64,000 nt of DNA from Leptospira sp. (GTDB lineage Bacteria > Spirochaetota > Leptospiria > Leptospirales > Leptospiraceae). The notes beneath the pieces were generated by a model that worked only from the letters and a program-made list of their open reading frames with translations, was not told where the DNA came from and searched no databases. The stretch is from contig JAWXAQ010000016.1 in assembly GCA_034439575.1 (NCBI GenBank), positions 299,500-363,499 on the forward strand, in the 5' to 3' direction. Below, piece after piece: positions 41,217 through 52,003 of the stretch. Position 1 is the stretch's first letter. Each line of letters begins with the position of its first letter. The translations under genes were made by a program, and so were the position numbers.

Positions 41217-41251
41217 GCCTTCCGCATTGTTGCAAAACCGACCAGTCGCAG

Positions 41252-41310
41252 TCTTCCCAAGTTTCGAATGTTGGTCACTTTCGAGCTTTTGCAGTCGCTT
41301 GGGAAGATTT
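41252..41310. terminator. Long stem-loop between the small + transcript and the 3' end of the - strand MCP gene
   Basis: TCTTCCCAAG (41252-41261) / CTTGGGAAGA (41298-41307), perfect 10-bp arms, with an inner TTCGAA/TTCGAG stem. Confidence 0.55.
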
Positions 41311-41326
41311 CTCCTTACTCCTATTT

Positions 41327-43390
41327 TTATAGCACAAATTTTTGAAGTACTTCGCTTAACTTAGTACTGATATTTGTCATCCCATTCGAATTTTCATTCA
41401 TCACAGAAGATTGGTCAGAAAGTATTTGAGACCCATTCGAAATATTGATAGTCATATTTGACAATTCTTCAGTCGCCCGTTTCTGTTCTTCCGTTGACTG
41501 TTGTATGGCGATAATCAATTGAGAAATTTCGTTCATTTCACTAAATATTTCATCGGTTCTAAGTTTTTGGTCTTGGATCATTGGAATGATCTCTTTTGCT
41601 TTGTCAAAAATAATAGAGACTTCGGTTGTGATTTCACGCAAAACTTGTATTAGTTTACTTACTTGTTCACCACCTCTGTCTATTGAAGTCAAGGCTTCCT
41701 CGGATAAATTATTTATCTGAGAAACAGAGTCGGCAGCTTGTGCAGCAAGTTTAGAAATCTCTTCTGCCACAACGGCAAAACCTCGGCCGGATTCACCCGC
41801 ACGTGCGGCTTCGATAGCAGCGTTCAATGCCAAAAGACTAGTCCTTTCGGATATATTTGAGATCACATCTGAGAATTCAGTAATCATTTGAGACTTTTCT
41901 TGAATTTCAACTATGGCTTCCGAAGTTTTTGCCGCCATCGTTCTCCCTTCTTCTGCTTTTTGGTTGGCACCGACAGCGATGCGTCCGAAAGATTCTATTT
42001 CTTTAGTTACATTTTGTACTAAATCTTGAATTTTTGTCAAAGACCCATGGATTGATTTTGTATTTTGTACAGCTTGCGTGACATTACCGTTAATTGTTTC
42101 ACTTGAGGCATTTAATTGTTCGACGGTGGCACTTGCTTCTTCTGAAGAAGCCGCTTGAGACTGCGCCAAATCAGATAATTCAAATATAGATTTTTCCAAT
42201 TGATTGGTAGACTTTGATAGCTCCCCACCTGACGTTTGTGCAACGGTCAATATTTGTTTGATGTTTTCAATCATTAATCCTAGAGAATTAACAAGATTGC
42301 CCATTTCATCATTTTTGGTATTGACAAGAGTTTGCGTAAGATCGCCTTTACTTGCACGTTCTGTGAACTTCAAAATTTCTTGGAGACGGATATCTACAAG
42401 CTTATGAAAGATAATATAATTTGCAATAATTGAAAATATAATCCCTGCGCCACCTAACAAAAGTGATAGCCAGAAAATAAATTGGATTTCTCCAGTGATT
42501 AAATGTAATGGATAAGAAATTCGGATGACCCAAGGTTTAGTGTCTTTAATCAAAGTTATCGATGAAGTTATGTGCAAGTAGTCTGAAGTAGAATAAATTT
42601 CATTAGCGTTTTTTGCATTCAATACATCATTTATTTTATGATCCATTCCGTTTTCCCATTGGTTTGACTCTTTATCGCTATTAAATCCATTGAATAAAAC
42701 ATATCCATTGCTCGCTATAATCGTGATTTTACATTCTCCATTGAATAATTTAACGTTTTGGAAATAACCTTGTATCGTCTCCAATGACAGGTCGGCTCCA
42801 GCGATCCCTACAAATTTATCATTTTGCAAAATAGGGTAAACAAGAGATACCATAGTAATTTCTTTTCCATCAACTTTATATTGAAAAGGTGGAATCAGTT
42901 CTACTTTTTTTGAAGTTTTGGGGATTTGATAAAAGTCAGATTCAGGTTTATCATAGTCTATCACTGGTTCTATGATGATGGAACCGTTTGATTTAACTGA
43001 ATAAGGAATAAATCTCCCCGTATTATCATGGTAAGTTGTATTTCTGAATTTAGCATCTAATCCATCATAGGCGTTTGGCTCAAAAACGAGATATGTACCG
43101 AGAATAGATTCGTTTGAAGCAGTCAAAACATTCATTAACTTCATTGCCCTGTTGCGATCTAAAATTTTCCCATCTTCCAAGAATTTTTTTAACAAATAAG
43201 CTTCTGTCAGTGGGGTTGAAATATAAGAGACAATATCAAGTTTAATTTTTTCGGAAAGTAGGTTGAGATTTTCTATCGTATCCGATTTTGTTTTATTATA
43301 TATAACTATGGAAATGATGATAAGAATGATACCGAGAGTTAAAAGATTTATAAATGAAGTACCTACAGCTAATCTTTGTTTGATAGTCAT
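41327..43390 (-). CDS. Methyl-accepting chemotaxis protein (dCache-type sensor, HAMP)
   Basis: 2 [16 protein letters not shown] sensor, [29 protein letters not shown]. Confidence 0.95.
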   Translation of the reverse strand: MTIKQRLAVGTSFINLLTLGIILIIISIVIYNKTKSDTIENLNLLSEKIKLDIVSYISTPLTEAYLLKKFLEDGKILDRNRAMKLMNVLTASNESILGTYLVFEPNAYDGLDAKFRNTTYHDNTGRFIPYSVKSNGSIIIEPVIDYDKPESDFYQIPKTSKKVELIPPFQYKVDGKEITMVSLVYPILQNDKFVGIAGADLSLETIQGYFQNVKLFNGECKITIIASNGYVLFNGFNSDKESNQWENGMDHKINDVLNAKNANEIYSTSDYLHITSSITLIKDTKPWVIRISYPLHLITGEIQFIFWLSLLLGGAGIIFSIIANYIIFHKLVDIRLQEILKFTERASKGDLTQTLVNTKNDEMGNLVNSLGLMIENIKQILTVAQTSGGELSKSTNQLEKSIFELSDLAQSQAASSEEASATVEQLNASSETINGNVTQAVQNTKSIHGSLTKIQDLVQNVTKEIESFGRIAVGANQKAEEGRTMAAKTSEAIVEIQEKSQMITEFSDVISNISERTSLLALNAAIEAARAGESGRGFAVVAEEISKLAAQAADSVSQINNLSEEALTSIDRGGEQVSKLIQVLREITTEVSIIFDKAKEIIPMIQDQKLRTDEIFSEMNEISQLIIAIQQSTEEQKRATEELSNMTINISNGSQILSDQSSVMNENSNGMTNISTKLSEVLQKFVL

Positions 43391-43457
43391 CGAAGCTAAT
43401 TCTCCTTTAGCAGAAAAGTATAAATAGAATCATTTTAAATAGCAAGGAAAATGAGAC

Positions 43458-43808
43458 TTAGATACTTTCTTGTATCGGATTTGGATAAGTACTAATCCCG
43501 ATTTTATTACCTTCTGGATCAGAAAAATAGTAGGTAAAATTTGTTTTTTCTATTACCGCTACCGTTTTTAGAAACGCCTTCCAAATTAAAAAATCTGTTT
43601 TTATTAAACCAAAAACAAGGGCACGGGGTGCTTGTGGTTCCCCGTCTTCAAGCATCAATATCCAATCAGGAAAATGGATCCAAATCGACCTAAGAGTTCC
43701 ATCTTTTTCCTGAAAAGTTTCATTCATTTTTTTTGCATTGGGAATTTTTAAATAAAATTCCGCAAGTTCGGCTACATTCTTAGTTCCAATTGCGATATGG
43801 TGTATCAT
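43458..43808 (-). CDS. VOC/glyoxalase family protein
   Basis: IHHIAI..L.EFY; YF.DPEGN.I. Confidence 0.85.
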   Translation of the reverse strand: MIHHIAIGTKNVAELAEFYLKIPNAKKMNETFQEKDGTLRSIWIHFPDWILMLEDGEPQAPRALVFGLIKTDFLIWKAFLKTVAVIEKTNFTYYFSDPEGNKIGISTYPNPIQESI

Positions 43809-43873
43809 TTTTTACTTTTCAAAAGGCTTTCCCAAACAGATAGTAACATGAAATAAAACCCTCGGAGTTTTTC

Positions 43874-44152
43874 ATGAAAAAAACACTCGTAATGGCGCTC
43901 TTTTTGAGCTTGGCTTTCACAAATTGTAAATCAAAAGTTTATACTCAGGAAGAATGTGATGCAGCACTTTCATCTGCATTCGTTGCGATTGAAGAAGAAG
44001 CTAAAAAGAACCCACAAGCGGCTCCTCTTCTTGCAGGTCTACAACAAGGAAAATCCAAAATGGTAGAGCAGTGTATGGAAGGAAAATTTGATCCAAATTG
44101 CTTAAAAAATGCTCCTGGCATCACAGGCATTATGGGTTGTGTAAAGAAATAA
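43874..44152 (+). CDS. Small Cys-rich Leptospira lipoprotein
   Basis: Signal MKK..LAFTNC plus four further Cys. Confidence 0.8.
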   Translation: MKKTLVMALFLSLAFTNCKSKVYTQEECDAALSSAFVAIEEEAKKNPQAAPLLAGLQQGKSKMVEQCMEGKFDPNCLKNAPGITGIMGCVKK

Positions 44153-44169
44153 CGATCCGTTATATCACA

Positions 44170-44199
44170 GACCCCCCGATCTTTTGGGGGGTCATTTTT
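44170..44199. terminator. Intrinsic terminator between convergent genes
   Basis: GACCCCCCGA-TCTT-TTGGGGGGTC hairpin followed by ATTTTT. Confidence 0.75.
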
Positions 44200-44479
44200 C
44201 CTTTTCTAATTCTATAAAACCATCCGGTTCTAAATAACACCCATGCAATCTGTAAGGGCCTGATTCATAAAAATAAATTTTTTGAGCATATTGTTTCCCC
44301 TCCCACAAACAACGTTTACATATAAAGGGTAATATTGCCCAATCTTCACATTCTTCTGGTCGAAAGGCAGGCCAAACGCGTAACAATGGTTTGGAGATCT
44401 CTTCTTCTTTGCTATCAATTGAATTCATAGAAATTAGAAACAAAACGACAAATACGAATTGCACTAGTATCTTCAACAT
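44192..44479 (-). CDS. Small exported Cys-containing hypothetical protein
   Basis: Signal-like N-terminus; four Cys including CKRC. Confidence 0.65.
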   Translation of the reverse strand: MLKILVQFVFVVLFLISMNSIDSKEEEISKPLLRVWPAFRPEECEDWAILPFICKRCLWEGKQYAQKIYFYESGPYRLHGCYLEPDGFIELEKEK

Positions 44480-44523
44480 CTAATTAAAGTATCGGAGAAT
44501 CACTCAATTTTAAACATGGGTTT

Positions 44524-45453
44524 ATGCCTGAAATAGTTAAGGATCATAAGCAAGAATTGAATGGTGCCATTCTCGTACTTATCGGTGCGATCCTCTTTTC
44601 TGCAAAGGCCGTCGTTGTTAAGTTAACGTACCAATTTCCCTTGGGCGCCTTAACATCTCTATTTTTCCGCATGTTCTTTGCGTTTCCATTTTTATTATGG
44701 ATCGCTTACCGAGAAGAAAAGAAAGAAGGCACGGTCAGAATTACAAAATCAGAGTGGGTATCAGTCATACTCATGGGTATTGTAGGATACTATCTTGCCA
44801 GTCTCTTTGATTTTATCGGATTACAATACATTACAGCAGGCCTGGAACGTATTATTTTATTTGTATACCCAACTCTCGTTGTTTTACTTTCCTTTTTGTT
44901 TTTAAAAACAAAAATTCATGCGCGTGAAATGTTTTCTCTGCTATTGACTTACACAGGTGTCGGGATTGCATACAGCCAGGATTTAAAGATTAGTGATGCG
45001 AAAGATGTTACTTTAGGTGCATTTTTCATTTTGTTATCAGCTTTGACATACGCTATATACCTAATGGGAAGTGGAAAGATCATACCTAAGTTAGGTGCCC
45101 AAAGATATACGGCCTATGCGCTCACTATTTCTTCTATCGTTGTATTCCTTCATTTTTTATTTTTTGGGAATTGGAAAGAACTCCATCAACCACTAGAATT
45201 CTATGCATTGGCCTTTTTTATGGGAACAATGAACACAGTTCTGCCTGCAATTTTTGTTTCGGAAGGGATCAAACGAGTAGGTTCCAAAGCTGCCGCGATC
45301 ATTGGATCTGTCGGGCCTATGTCAACATTGTTTCTAGCGTATTGGTTTCTTGGCGAAACAATTACATTATTACACATATTTGGCACGATTTTCGTACTTT
45401 CTGGCGTTTTTTTAATTAGCCAGAAAAAAAAACCAAACGCCGAAGTTACTTAG
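44524..45453 (+). CDS. DMT/EamA family transporter
   Basis: About 10 TM in two EamA repeats; GLQYITAGLERIILF.YP. Confidence 0.9.
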   Translation: MPEIVKDHKQELNGAILVLIGAILFSAKAVVVKLTYQFPLGALTSLFFRMFFAFPFLLWIAYREEKKEGTVRITKSEWVSVILMGIVGYYLASLFDFIGLQYITAGLERIILFVYPTLVVLLSFLFLKTKIHAREMFSLLLTYTGVGIAYSQDLKISDAKDVTLGAFFILLSALTYAIYLMGSGKIIPKLGAQRYTAYALTISSIVVFLHFLFFGNWKELHQPLEFYALAFFMGTMNTVLPAIFVSEGIKRVGSKAAAIIGSVGPMSTLFLAYWFLGETITLLHIFGTIFVLSGVFLISQKKKPNAEVT

Positions 45454-45507
45454 GAGAGAATTTTTTCTTTCAATTGTTTAAAAGGTTGGAACATTGAAGG
45501 GGAAATT

Positions 45508-46635
45508 ATGAAAAAATCATTAGGCCTGTTTTTATTGCTGGGTACCCTCATTTTGTCAAATGATCCCCTACAAGCACAGTTCACTTGTACGGGCCAAGCC
45601 TGTGGATTTCTCCCAAGTAACCTCACTGATTCTCTCAATACATCATATGTGCGTTTGCAATCTGACTATTTAAACCAAGTTTTAAAAACCAACACGGAAG
45701 CGGGCTTCCTCGCAAATATTGGAACTAGTAACATTGGAACGGGAACTGTTAGGCGTATCCAAATTGGTGCCAGTGCCTCTGCCGCTGGTTACAAAAAGGA
45801 TGATATCATCATTGAAGAACCAGGCTTTAAACTTCCGAAGCTACCGAATGTTGGTGGTGCCGTTATCCCCAATATCAATGTAGATTTCAATCCTGGCTGG
45901 CTTCTCGGTTTTGATAGTCGTCATTGGTCTCGTCGTTTTGCTGTTTACTTGCATGGTATGGATATGGTAGTTTCCAACAAACAATTGCAAGGTTTATCGA
46001 ATAACAAGAATTATGAGGGAAGGATTACCATCAAAAGTTATGGTGGTATGCTCCGTTATCAAGTCATTGAAAAAAAAGGATTCCTTATGAATCTTTTTAC
46101 TTGGGATGGAATCAACGTGGGTGCAGGACATCACGTCATGGAAGAAAATTTTAATTTTAAATATTTAGAAGGAAAAGCCGCATCCATCGAATCAAATGGG
46201 GTCACTGCCAAATGGGGTGGTGATACAAATTTTTACTACAACACGAAAGTTCGCACAACTAACGTAGATGTTCGAACAGGCATTGGTCTATTTTGGATTG
46301 CGAATTTAATTGTTGGGGGTGGTTACAGTTGGAATAGTGGAGATAGTTCGATGGCTCTGTCCAGAAGTGGCCCATTACTCATTCAAACTTCAGCAGCATC
46401 TACAATTGAAATTCCACGCGAGTACCAATCCCAAATCGATCCCGCTCTACTTGCAGCAAGTCCTTCTGGTACATTGGGACTTTCATTGAATGGAAATGCC
46501 AATTCCAAAAGAAACATCGGATATGGAATAGCTGGTTTAGAACTAGATATCTATGTAATCAAATTGATCTTTGAAGGATTGTATGGAGGAAAGGATCTTT
46601 ATTCAGCCAACTTAGGGGTTCGAGCTTCCTTTTAA
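45508..46635 (+). CDS. Lsa36-like Leptospira outer-membrane/surface protein
   Basis: Signal peptide, then QFTCTGQAC; beta-rich; terminal LGVRASF. Confidence 0.65.
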   Translation: MKKSLGLFLLLGTLILSNDPLQAQFTCTGQACGFLPSNLTDSLNTSYVRLQSDYLNQVLKTNTEAGFLANIGTSNIGTGTVRRIQIGASASAAGYKKDDIIIEEPGFKLPKLPNVGGAVIPNINVDFNPGWLLGFDSRHWSRRFAVYLHGMDMVVSNKQLQGLSNNKNYEGRITIKSYGGMLRYQVIEKKGFLMNLFTWDGINVGAGHHVMEENFNFKYLEGKAASIESNGVTAKWGGDTNFYYNTKVRTTNVDVRTGIGLFWIANLIVGGGYSWNSGDSSMALSRSGPLLIQTSAASTIEIPREYQSQIDPALLAASPSGTLGLSLNGNANSKRNIGYGIAGLELDIYVIKLIFEGLYGGKDLYSANLGVRASF

Positions 46636-46685
46636 AAAGTTGCCATTTCGTTGAATTGACCCAAATTGACCATTGGGTCAATGCA

Positions 46686-49223
46686 ATGAATTTATTTAAA
46701 CGCTATAATCGACAAGTTCTTATTTCCTCAATTGGATTTTCCATGGGGGTAGTAGTTCCGTTAGGTTCCCTTTTCATATATTTTTTGATTAAACCTGAAG
46801 GGGACTTACTTAGAGTCTTTTTTTTGACACTAATTACTGCCGCGGTAGTAGTTCAGATTTTTCCTATTATTTTTATGTCAAGACTTTTAAAGGGAGTTAA
46901 AGATTACCTAATCTCTTTGGAAAGTGGTGCGATTGTAAATGACGATGATTATTTAAATGCATGGAATTCTGTTTCCAAAATGCCTATCGCTATGGCAGTT
47001 ATGGGTGCTGTGCAATGGGCTATTGCAGGATTCATTATCGTGATTCCATTTGCGATGCATTCGGAATCGACAAAAACGCAAACCTTTTTCTTAGAAAATA
47101 CATTAATATTTTTAGCTCTTCTCAACATCATTCTTTCTTTTCTCTTTATGGAAAGAACATCCAGTTTTTTGCTTAAAGAAAATGCATTTGAACGGGAGTT
47201 AGATGATTCAAAAAATCCTTTTTACCGTCGATTGAGTGTATCTATTCCGATTATGATTTCATTGCTCATTGTACTTATGAGTGATGTTTATTTAATGATT
47301 TCATTCAAAATAAATTCAAACTCCCTAGAAAAAGCTTATTCAAATCAGTTGTATAATTTTAATATCAGTAATGAAACCGCCATGACCGTGTTATTCGAAG
47401 GCGTAGAAACGGCGATCAATGATACTTCAAAAAGAACTGATATCCTCGAAGCCTTTCAAACTAAAAAATATAATATAATCACACCCGTATTGCGTAATAT
47501 TTATGAAAACCCTTCCTTGTTTTTAGAAAATACATTTATAGCTAGTCTGGATGACGGTTATCCTATAGTGGTCTCTGGTTTGTCTAATGGTTCGAGTTTA
47601 GGATTTCGTCTAGATTCAAATCCTGTGTTAAAAGAAAATATTTCAAAAGCATTGGAAGGAAAAGTTCACTTTGGGATGGCTGAGATGTCACCTATCACAA
47701 AGAAAGTGGTCATTATGGTCAGCGCACCATTGATTGTTGATGGTAAAGTTATTGGTATTATAGGATTTCCAGTAAGAATTGGCGATGCCCTTGGAAATTT
47801 ATTAAAAAGTATAAAAATTGGACAAACAGGTTATTCGTTTATGTTGGACCGCGAATCTCAAATGGTTTGGCATCCAAATCCAAAGTACATTTTGGCAAAA
47901 TTTAAAGATTCAGAATTTGAAAAATTAGCAATCGATGCAGGTGATATAAATTCATTTGTAAATCCTTGGGAAGGTTCAAAATTCCTACTTCGAAAAAAGA
48001 CGAGCAAAGTTTTTGGATACCAATTTTTTTCCACTATAGATCTCGCTGAAATTGAAAATGAATGTTATGAGTCATTGGATGGACTCATGTATTTAAGTTT
48101 AGGTGGTGCTTTTATAATTGCACTATCTACTTTTTTAATATTTTATTTTAGATTCCAACCTATTAAAAATATTGAAGCTATACTTTTGAAGATGGGAGCA
48201 GGGAACCTAACAGAAAAAGTTGCGATTGTTTCTTCGGATGAATTTGGAAAATTAGCCCAAGGATTAAATAAATCACTAAACCAAGTTTCTGAAGTTGTTT
48301 CTTCTAACCAATCCATATCAGACGATATGGCCGCCGCTTCAGAAGAGATGTCTGTTTCCTTAAATAGTCTATCTGCCAATTCACAAACACAAGCTGCTTC
48401 CGCCGAAGAAATTTCTGCATCCATAGAAGAGATATCAGCTGCTGTTGAATCAGTGGATGGCCAAGCAGAATCTCAATTCAAAAAAGCAGATTTTTTGAAA
48501 CAACAGATGCAAGAACTTACAAATGAAATTCAAATGACGGGAAGTGAAGTGACAAAGGCTACTATTGAATTCAATAAAATCACTTCCGAAGCTAAACGAG
48601 GCCAAACCTCTCTTGATCAAATGCAAAGTTCGATTTCCAAAATTGGCGAGAGTTCTGAGCAAATAGGTAGTGTCATTGAAATTATCAATACCATCTCTGA
48701 ACAAATCAACTTACTTGCATTAAATGCCGCCATTGAAGCCGCCCGCGCTGGTGTTTATGGGCGAGGTTTTGCTGTTGTGGCTGACGAAATCGGAAAACTT
48801 GCTATCAAAACTGCAAACTCCATCAAAGATATTAGCGAACTCATTGATGCAAATAATGATGAAATTTCGAAAGGAACTACCATCATTGAATCCACGATCA
48901 ATTTGATTCAAAATATCATTATGGGTGTAGCATCCTTCCAAAAGGTGACGGAATCCATCCAACAGAGTACCAAACGCCAATTGGACAGAAATGAAAAGGT
49001 CGTACATGAAGTAGAAGGTGTGAACGAAATTTCCAAAATGATTCGGATGTCGATGGAAGAACAGAAAAATGCCATTGGCGAAGTGGCCATTGCCATTTTC
49101 AATATCAATGATCTGACCCAAGCCAATGCGGCAGGTCTTGAGGAAATGACGGCTTCTTCTACTGGGATTGCCAATTTGGCAGAAAATCTCCGTAGGAAGA
49201 TAAATTTCTTTCAAATCAAATAA
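46686..49223 (+). CDS. Methyl-accepting chemotaxis protein with multi-TM N-terminus and Cache domain
   Basis: About 5 N-terminal TM, GYSFMLD..G/Q.V.HP Cache, [31 protein letters not shown]. The start could be TTG 46656. Confidence 0.93.
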   Translation: MNLFKRYNRQVLISSIGFSMGVVVPLGSLFIYFLIKPEGDLLRVFFLTLITAAVVVQIFPIIFMSRLLKGVKDYLISLESGAIVNDDDYLNAWNSVSKMPIAMAVMGAVQWAIAGFIIVIPFAMHSESTKTQTFFLENTLIFLALLNIILSFLFMERTSSFLLKENAFERELDDSKNPFYRRLSVSIPIMISLLIVLMSDVYLMISFKINSNSLEKAYSNQLYNFNISNETAMTVLFEGVETAINDTSKRTDILEAFQTKKYNIITPVLRNIYENPSLFLENTFIASLDDGYPIVVSGLSNGSSLGFRLDSNPVLKENISKALEGKVHFGMAEMSPITKKVVIMVSAPLIVDGKVIGIIGFPVRIGDALGNLLKSIKIGQTGYSFMLDRESQMVWHPNPKYILAKFKDSEFEKLAIDAGDINSFVNPWEGSKFLLRKKTSKVFGYQFFSTIDLAEIENECYESLDGLMYLSLGGAFIIALSTFLIFYFRFQPIKNIEAILLKMGAGNLTEKVAIVSSDEFGKLAQGLNKSLNQVSEVVSSNQSISDDMAAASEEMSVSLNSLSANSQTQAASAEEISASIEEISAAVESVDGQAESQFKKADFLKQQMQELTNEIQMTGSEVTKATIEFNKITSEAKRGQTSLDQMQSSISKIGESSEQIGSVIEIINTISEQINLLALNAAIEAARAGVYGRGFAVVADEIGKLAIKTANSIKDISELIDANNDEISKGTTIIESTINLIQNIIMGVASFQKVTESIQQSTKRQLDRNEKVVHEVEGVNEISKMIRMSMEEQKNAIGEVAIAIFNINDLTQANAAGLEEMTASSTGIANLAENLRRKINFFQIK

Positions 49224-49242
49224 AGATTCGCTTGCCAAAAAG

Positions 49243-49268
49243 TAGATATCAAGATTTCTTGATATCTA
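49243..49268. promoter_or_regulatory. Palindromic operator (SahR-type) upstream of the ArsR-methyltransferase gene
   Basis: TAGATATCAAGA-TT-TCTTGATATCTA, a perfect 12-bp inverted repeat ending 12 nt before the ATG. Confidence 0.8.
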
Positions 49269-49280
49269 GATATCCTGCTT

Positions 49281-50285
49281 ATGACAACGAAATTAGCTCC
49301 GAATCCACAAACCAATGCGAAATTGTTATTATCTGCTTTGAAGGCAGTTTCAGATGAAACTCGCATTCGCATCCTTCATATCTTAACTTTTGGTGCATTT
49401 TCGGTAAATGAAGTCGTAGAAGTCCTCGGTATGGGGCAATCTAGGATTTCTCGGCATTTAAAAATCCTCACGGAAGCAGGGCTCATCCACAACCGAAGAG
49501 AAGGATCGCTCGTGTATTCTTTTTTGCGGGAACCGAGTGGAAAGGTCGAAGGCGATGGGTCTTCCTTTTTTAGCGAACTCACCGATTTAATATTATCATA
49601 TAAAGAAGATTTACCATTCCGAGAAAAAGACCAAAAGATGGTCAGCATCATCTTGGAGAGTCGAGAGAAAAAATCAAAAGGGTTTTTTGATCGAGTCGCA
49701 AAAGATTGGGAAAAATTACAAGAAGAGATCCTTCATCCAAAAGTGTATCGTTCTTGGATTTTGGAAAACTTACCAACTCATTTAGAATCCATCGTTGACC
49801 TTGGTTGTGGTCCTGGTGGATTGATTCCTTATTTGCTGCCAAAAGCAAAACAAGTGTTAGGCATTGATTCTTCATCGAAAATGATAGAAGCAGCAGAATC
49901 AACATTTGGAAAAAATGCTAGTGTCAAATTTTTAACAGCACAATTGGAAGCTTTGCCTCTCGCCGAACATTCTACAGACGCCATCATAAGTAGTATGGTA
50001 CTGCATCATATTTCTCACCCTCCTGCTGTTTTGGAAGAGGCTTCACGCATTTTAAAACCGGATGGTGTATTTTGTATTGTTGATCTAGTCAAACACAACC
50101 AAGAAATGATGAGAGATAACTTTGCTGATTTATGGCTTGGTTTTGAACCTGAATTGCTTGAGTCATGGTTATCTAACTCAGGTTTTGTGATCGAATCATT
50201 AAGCGAAATTCAAACGGACTCTATATTTAAAATTTTAACAATCAAAGCAAGAAAAAAAGGAGGACATTATGTCCACAGCAACTAG
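49281..50285 (+). CDS. sahR: ArsR-family HTH fused to SAM-methyltransferase domain (SahR-like SAM-cycle repressor)
   Basis: [51 protein letters not shown]; overlaps the ahcY start. Confidence 0.85.
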   Translation: MTTKLAPNPQTNAKLLLSALKAVSDETRIRILHILTFGAFSVNEVVEVLGMGQSRISRHLKILTEAGLIHNRREGSLVYSFLREPSGKVEGDGSSFFSELTDLILSYKEDLPFREKDQKMVSIILESREKKSKGFFDRVAKDWEKLQEEILHPKVYRSWILENLPTHLESIVDLGCGPGGLIPYLLPKAKQVLGIDSSSKMIEAAESTFGKNASVKFLTAQLEALPLAEHSTDAIISSMVLHHISHPPAVLEEASRILKPDGVFCIVDLVKHNQEMMRDNFADLWLGFEPELLESWLSNSGFVIESLSEIQTDSIFKILTIKARKKGGHYVHSN

Positions 50286-51588
50286 CACAAAATCGGAAAG
50301 GCTTCCATACAAAGTAAGAGATATCTCTCTTGCAGATTGGGGAAGAGAAGAAATTATTTTGGCCGAAAAGGAAATGCCAGGTTTAATGGCACTTCGGGCA
50401 GAATTTGGAAAAACAAAGCCATTGAAAGGTGCAAGGATCGCAGGATCTCTTCACATGACAATTCAAACAGCAGTTTTAATTGAAACACTTATTGAGTTAG
50501 GTGCTGAAATTAGATGGTCTTCTTGCAATATTTTCTCCACACAAGATCATGCTGCATCTGCTATCGCAAAAGCAGGTATCCCCGTATTTGCTTGGAAAGG
50601 TGAAACGGAAGAAGAATACTGGTGGTGTATTGAACAAACATTATTTTTTGATAATGGTCTAGGACCAAATATGATCTTAGATGATGGTCACGACCTAACG
50701 CATTACGTTCATGAAAAACACCCTCAACTTTTAAAAGACATCAAAGGTGTTTCCGAAGAAACAACTACAGGTGTGATCGGACTCCACAAAAAATTGAAAA
50801 ATGGTGAATTAAAAATTCCTGCGATCAATGTAAATGACTCTGTAACAAAATCAAAATTTGACAACCTCTATGGTTGCCGTGAATCACTAGCTGACGGAAT
50901 TAAACGTGCAACAGACGTTATGCTTGCAGGTAAAGTGGCTCTGGTTTGTGGTTTTGGTGATGTGGGAAAAGGTTCTGCCGCATCTCTTCGTAACTTTGGT
51001 GCACGCGTTGTAGTCACAGAAATCGATCCGATTTGTGCATTACAAGCAGCTATGGAAGGTTACCAAGTTCTTAGAGTGGAAGACATCATTGAAAATGCAG
51101 ATATCATTGTAACTGCAACTGGTAATGATGATATCATTACACTTGAGCACATGAAGAGCATGAAAGATGGTTCAATTCTTTGTAACATTGGACATTTTGA
51201 TACAGAAATCCAAATGTCTCGTTTGAACGCTGAAAAAGATGTGATCAAAAAAGAAATCAAACCACAAGTAGACAAATACACTTTCCCTAATGGCAGATCC
51301 ATTATCGTTTTAGCGGAAGGTCGATTAGTAAACTTAGGTTGTGCTACTGGTCACCCGTCATTTGTAATGTCGGCATCTTTCACAAATCAAGTCCTTGCTC
51401 AAATGGAACTATGGAATAATAAATATGAAGTAGGCGTTTACAGACTTCCAAAGAGATTGGATGAAAAAGTAGCGGCACTCCATTTGGAACAACTAGGTGT
51501 GAGATTAACAAAACTAACATCTAAACAAGCTGAATATATCGCGGTTCCTGTTGAAGGTCCTTTCAAACCAGAACACTACCGATACTAA
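50269..51588 (+). CDS. ahcY: Adenosylhomocysteinase
   Basis: [59 protein letters not shown]. Confidence 0.98.
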   Translation: MSTATSTKSERLPYKVRDISLADWGREEIILAEKEMPGLMALRAEFGKTKPLKGARIAGSLHMTIQTAVLIETLIELGAEIRWSSCNIFSTQDHAASAIAKAGIPVFAWKGETEEEYWWCIEQTLFFDNGLGPNMILDDGHDLTHYVHEKHPQLLKDIKGVSEETTTGVIGLHKKLKNGELKIPAINVNDSVTKSKFDNLYGCRESLADGIKRATDVMLAGKVALVCGFGDVGKGSAASLRNFGARVVVTEIDPICALQAAMEGYQVLRVEDIIENADIIVTATGNDDIITLEHMKSMKDGSILCNIGHFDTEIQMSRLNAEKDVIKKEIKPQVDKYTFPNGRSIIVLAEGRLVNLGCATGHPSFVMSASFTNQVLAQMELWNNKYEVGVYRLPKRLDEKVAALHLEQLGVRLTKLTSKQAEYIAVPVEGPFKPEHYRY

Positions 51589-51597
51589 AATGAAAAC

Positions 51598-51630
51598 TGC
51601 TATGCTCGACTGTGAAATTTGGGCATAGCA
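51598..51630 (+). other. Intergenic hairpin without U-tract (ahcY-fdx)
   Basis: TGCTATGCTC / GGGCATAGCA arms; probably a stability or pausing element. Confidence 0.5.
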
Positions 51631-51646
51631 AAATTAGGAGAAAAGA

Positions 51647-51946
51647 ATGGCTTACGTTGTAACTGAAATATGTGTGGATTGTAAGTATACAAGTTGTGCG
51701 GCAGTTTGTCCAGTGGAGGCTTTCCATGAAGCAGCTGACACATTATATATAGATCCAGATGCTTGCATTGACTGTAACGCTTGTCAGTATGAATGTCCTA
51801 TAGAAGCAATTTTTCCAGATTATGATGTTCCGGAAAAATTCAAAGGTGACATTGAACTGAACGCTAAGGAAGCGAGTAAATATCCTGTCATAGTAAATAC
51901 AAAGCCCCCACTCAAAGGGCCAAAGTGTTCAGATTCTAGCAAATAA
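51647..51946 (+). CDS. fdxA: Dicluster ferredoxin (FdxA-type)
   Basis: CX2CX4CX3CP and CX2CX2CX3CP motifs; AGGAG SD. Confidence 0.92.
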   Translation: MAYVVTEICVDCKYTSCAAVCPVEAFHEAADTLYIDPDACIDCNACQYECPIEAIFPDYDVPEKFKGDIELNAKEASKYPVIVNTKPPLKGPKCSDSSK

Positions 51947-51955
51947 ATTTTTTTA

Positions 51956-51977
51956 TCGCAGAGGGTTTTCTCTGCGA
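51956..51977 (+). other. Intergenic hairpin before metH
   Basis: TCGCAGAG (51956-51963) / CTCTGCGA (51970-51977), perfect 8-bp arms. Confidence 0.5.
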
Positions 51978-52003
51978 ACTTCCTTGATATAAATTATAAC
52001 ATT

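Noticed and set aside
48450-49238. Antisense ORFs over the MCP signalling domain; similar shadows over pfk, argB, metH and acnA
   Set aside because: Typical antisense shadows of conserved genes with no independent motifs.
51978-51992. Second SahR site before metH (CTTGATAT)
   Set aside because: Only a right half-site is present; the left arm is absent, so it is not called.
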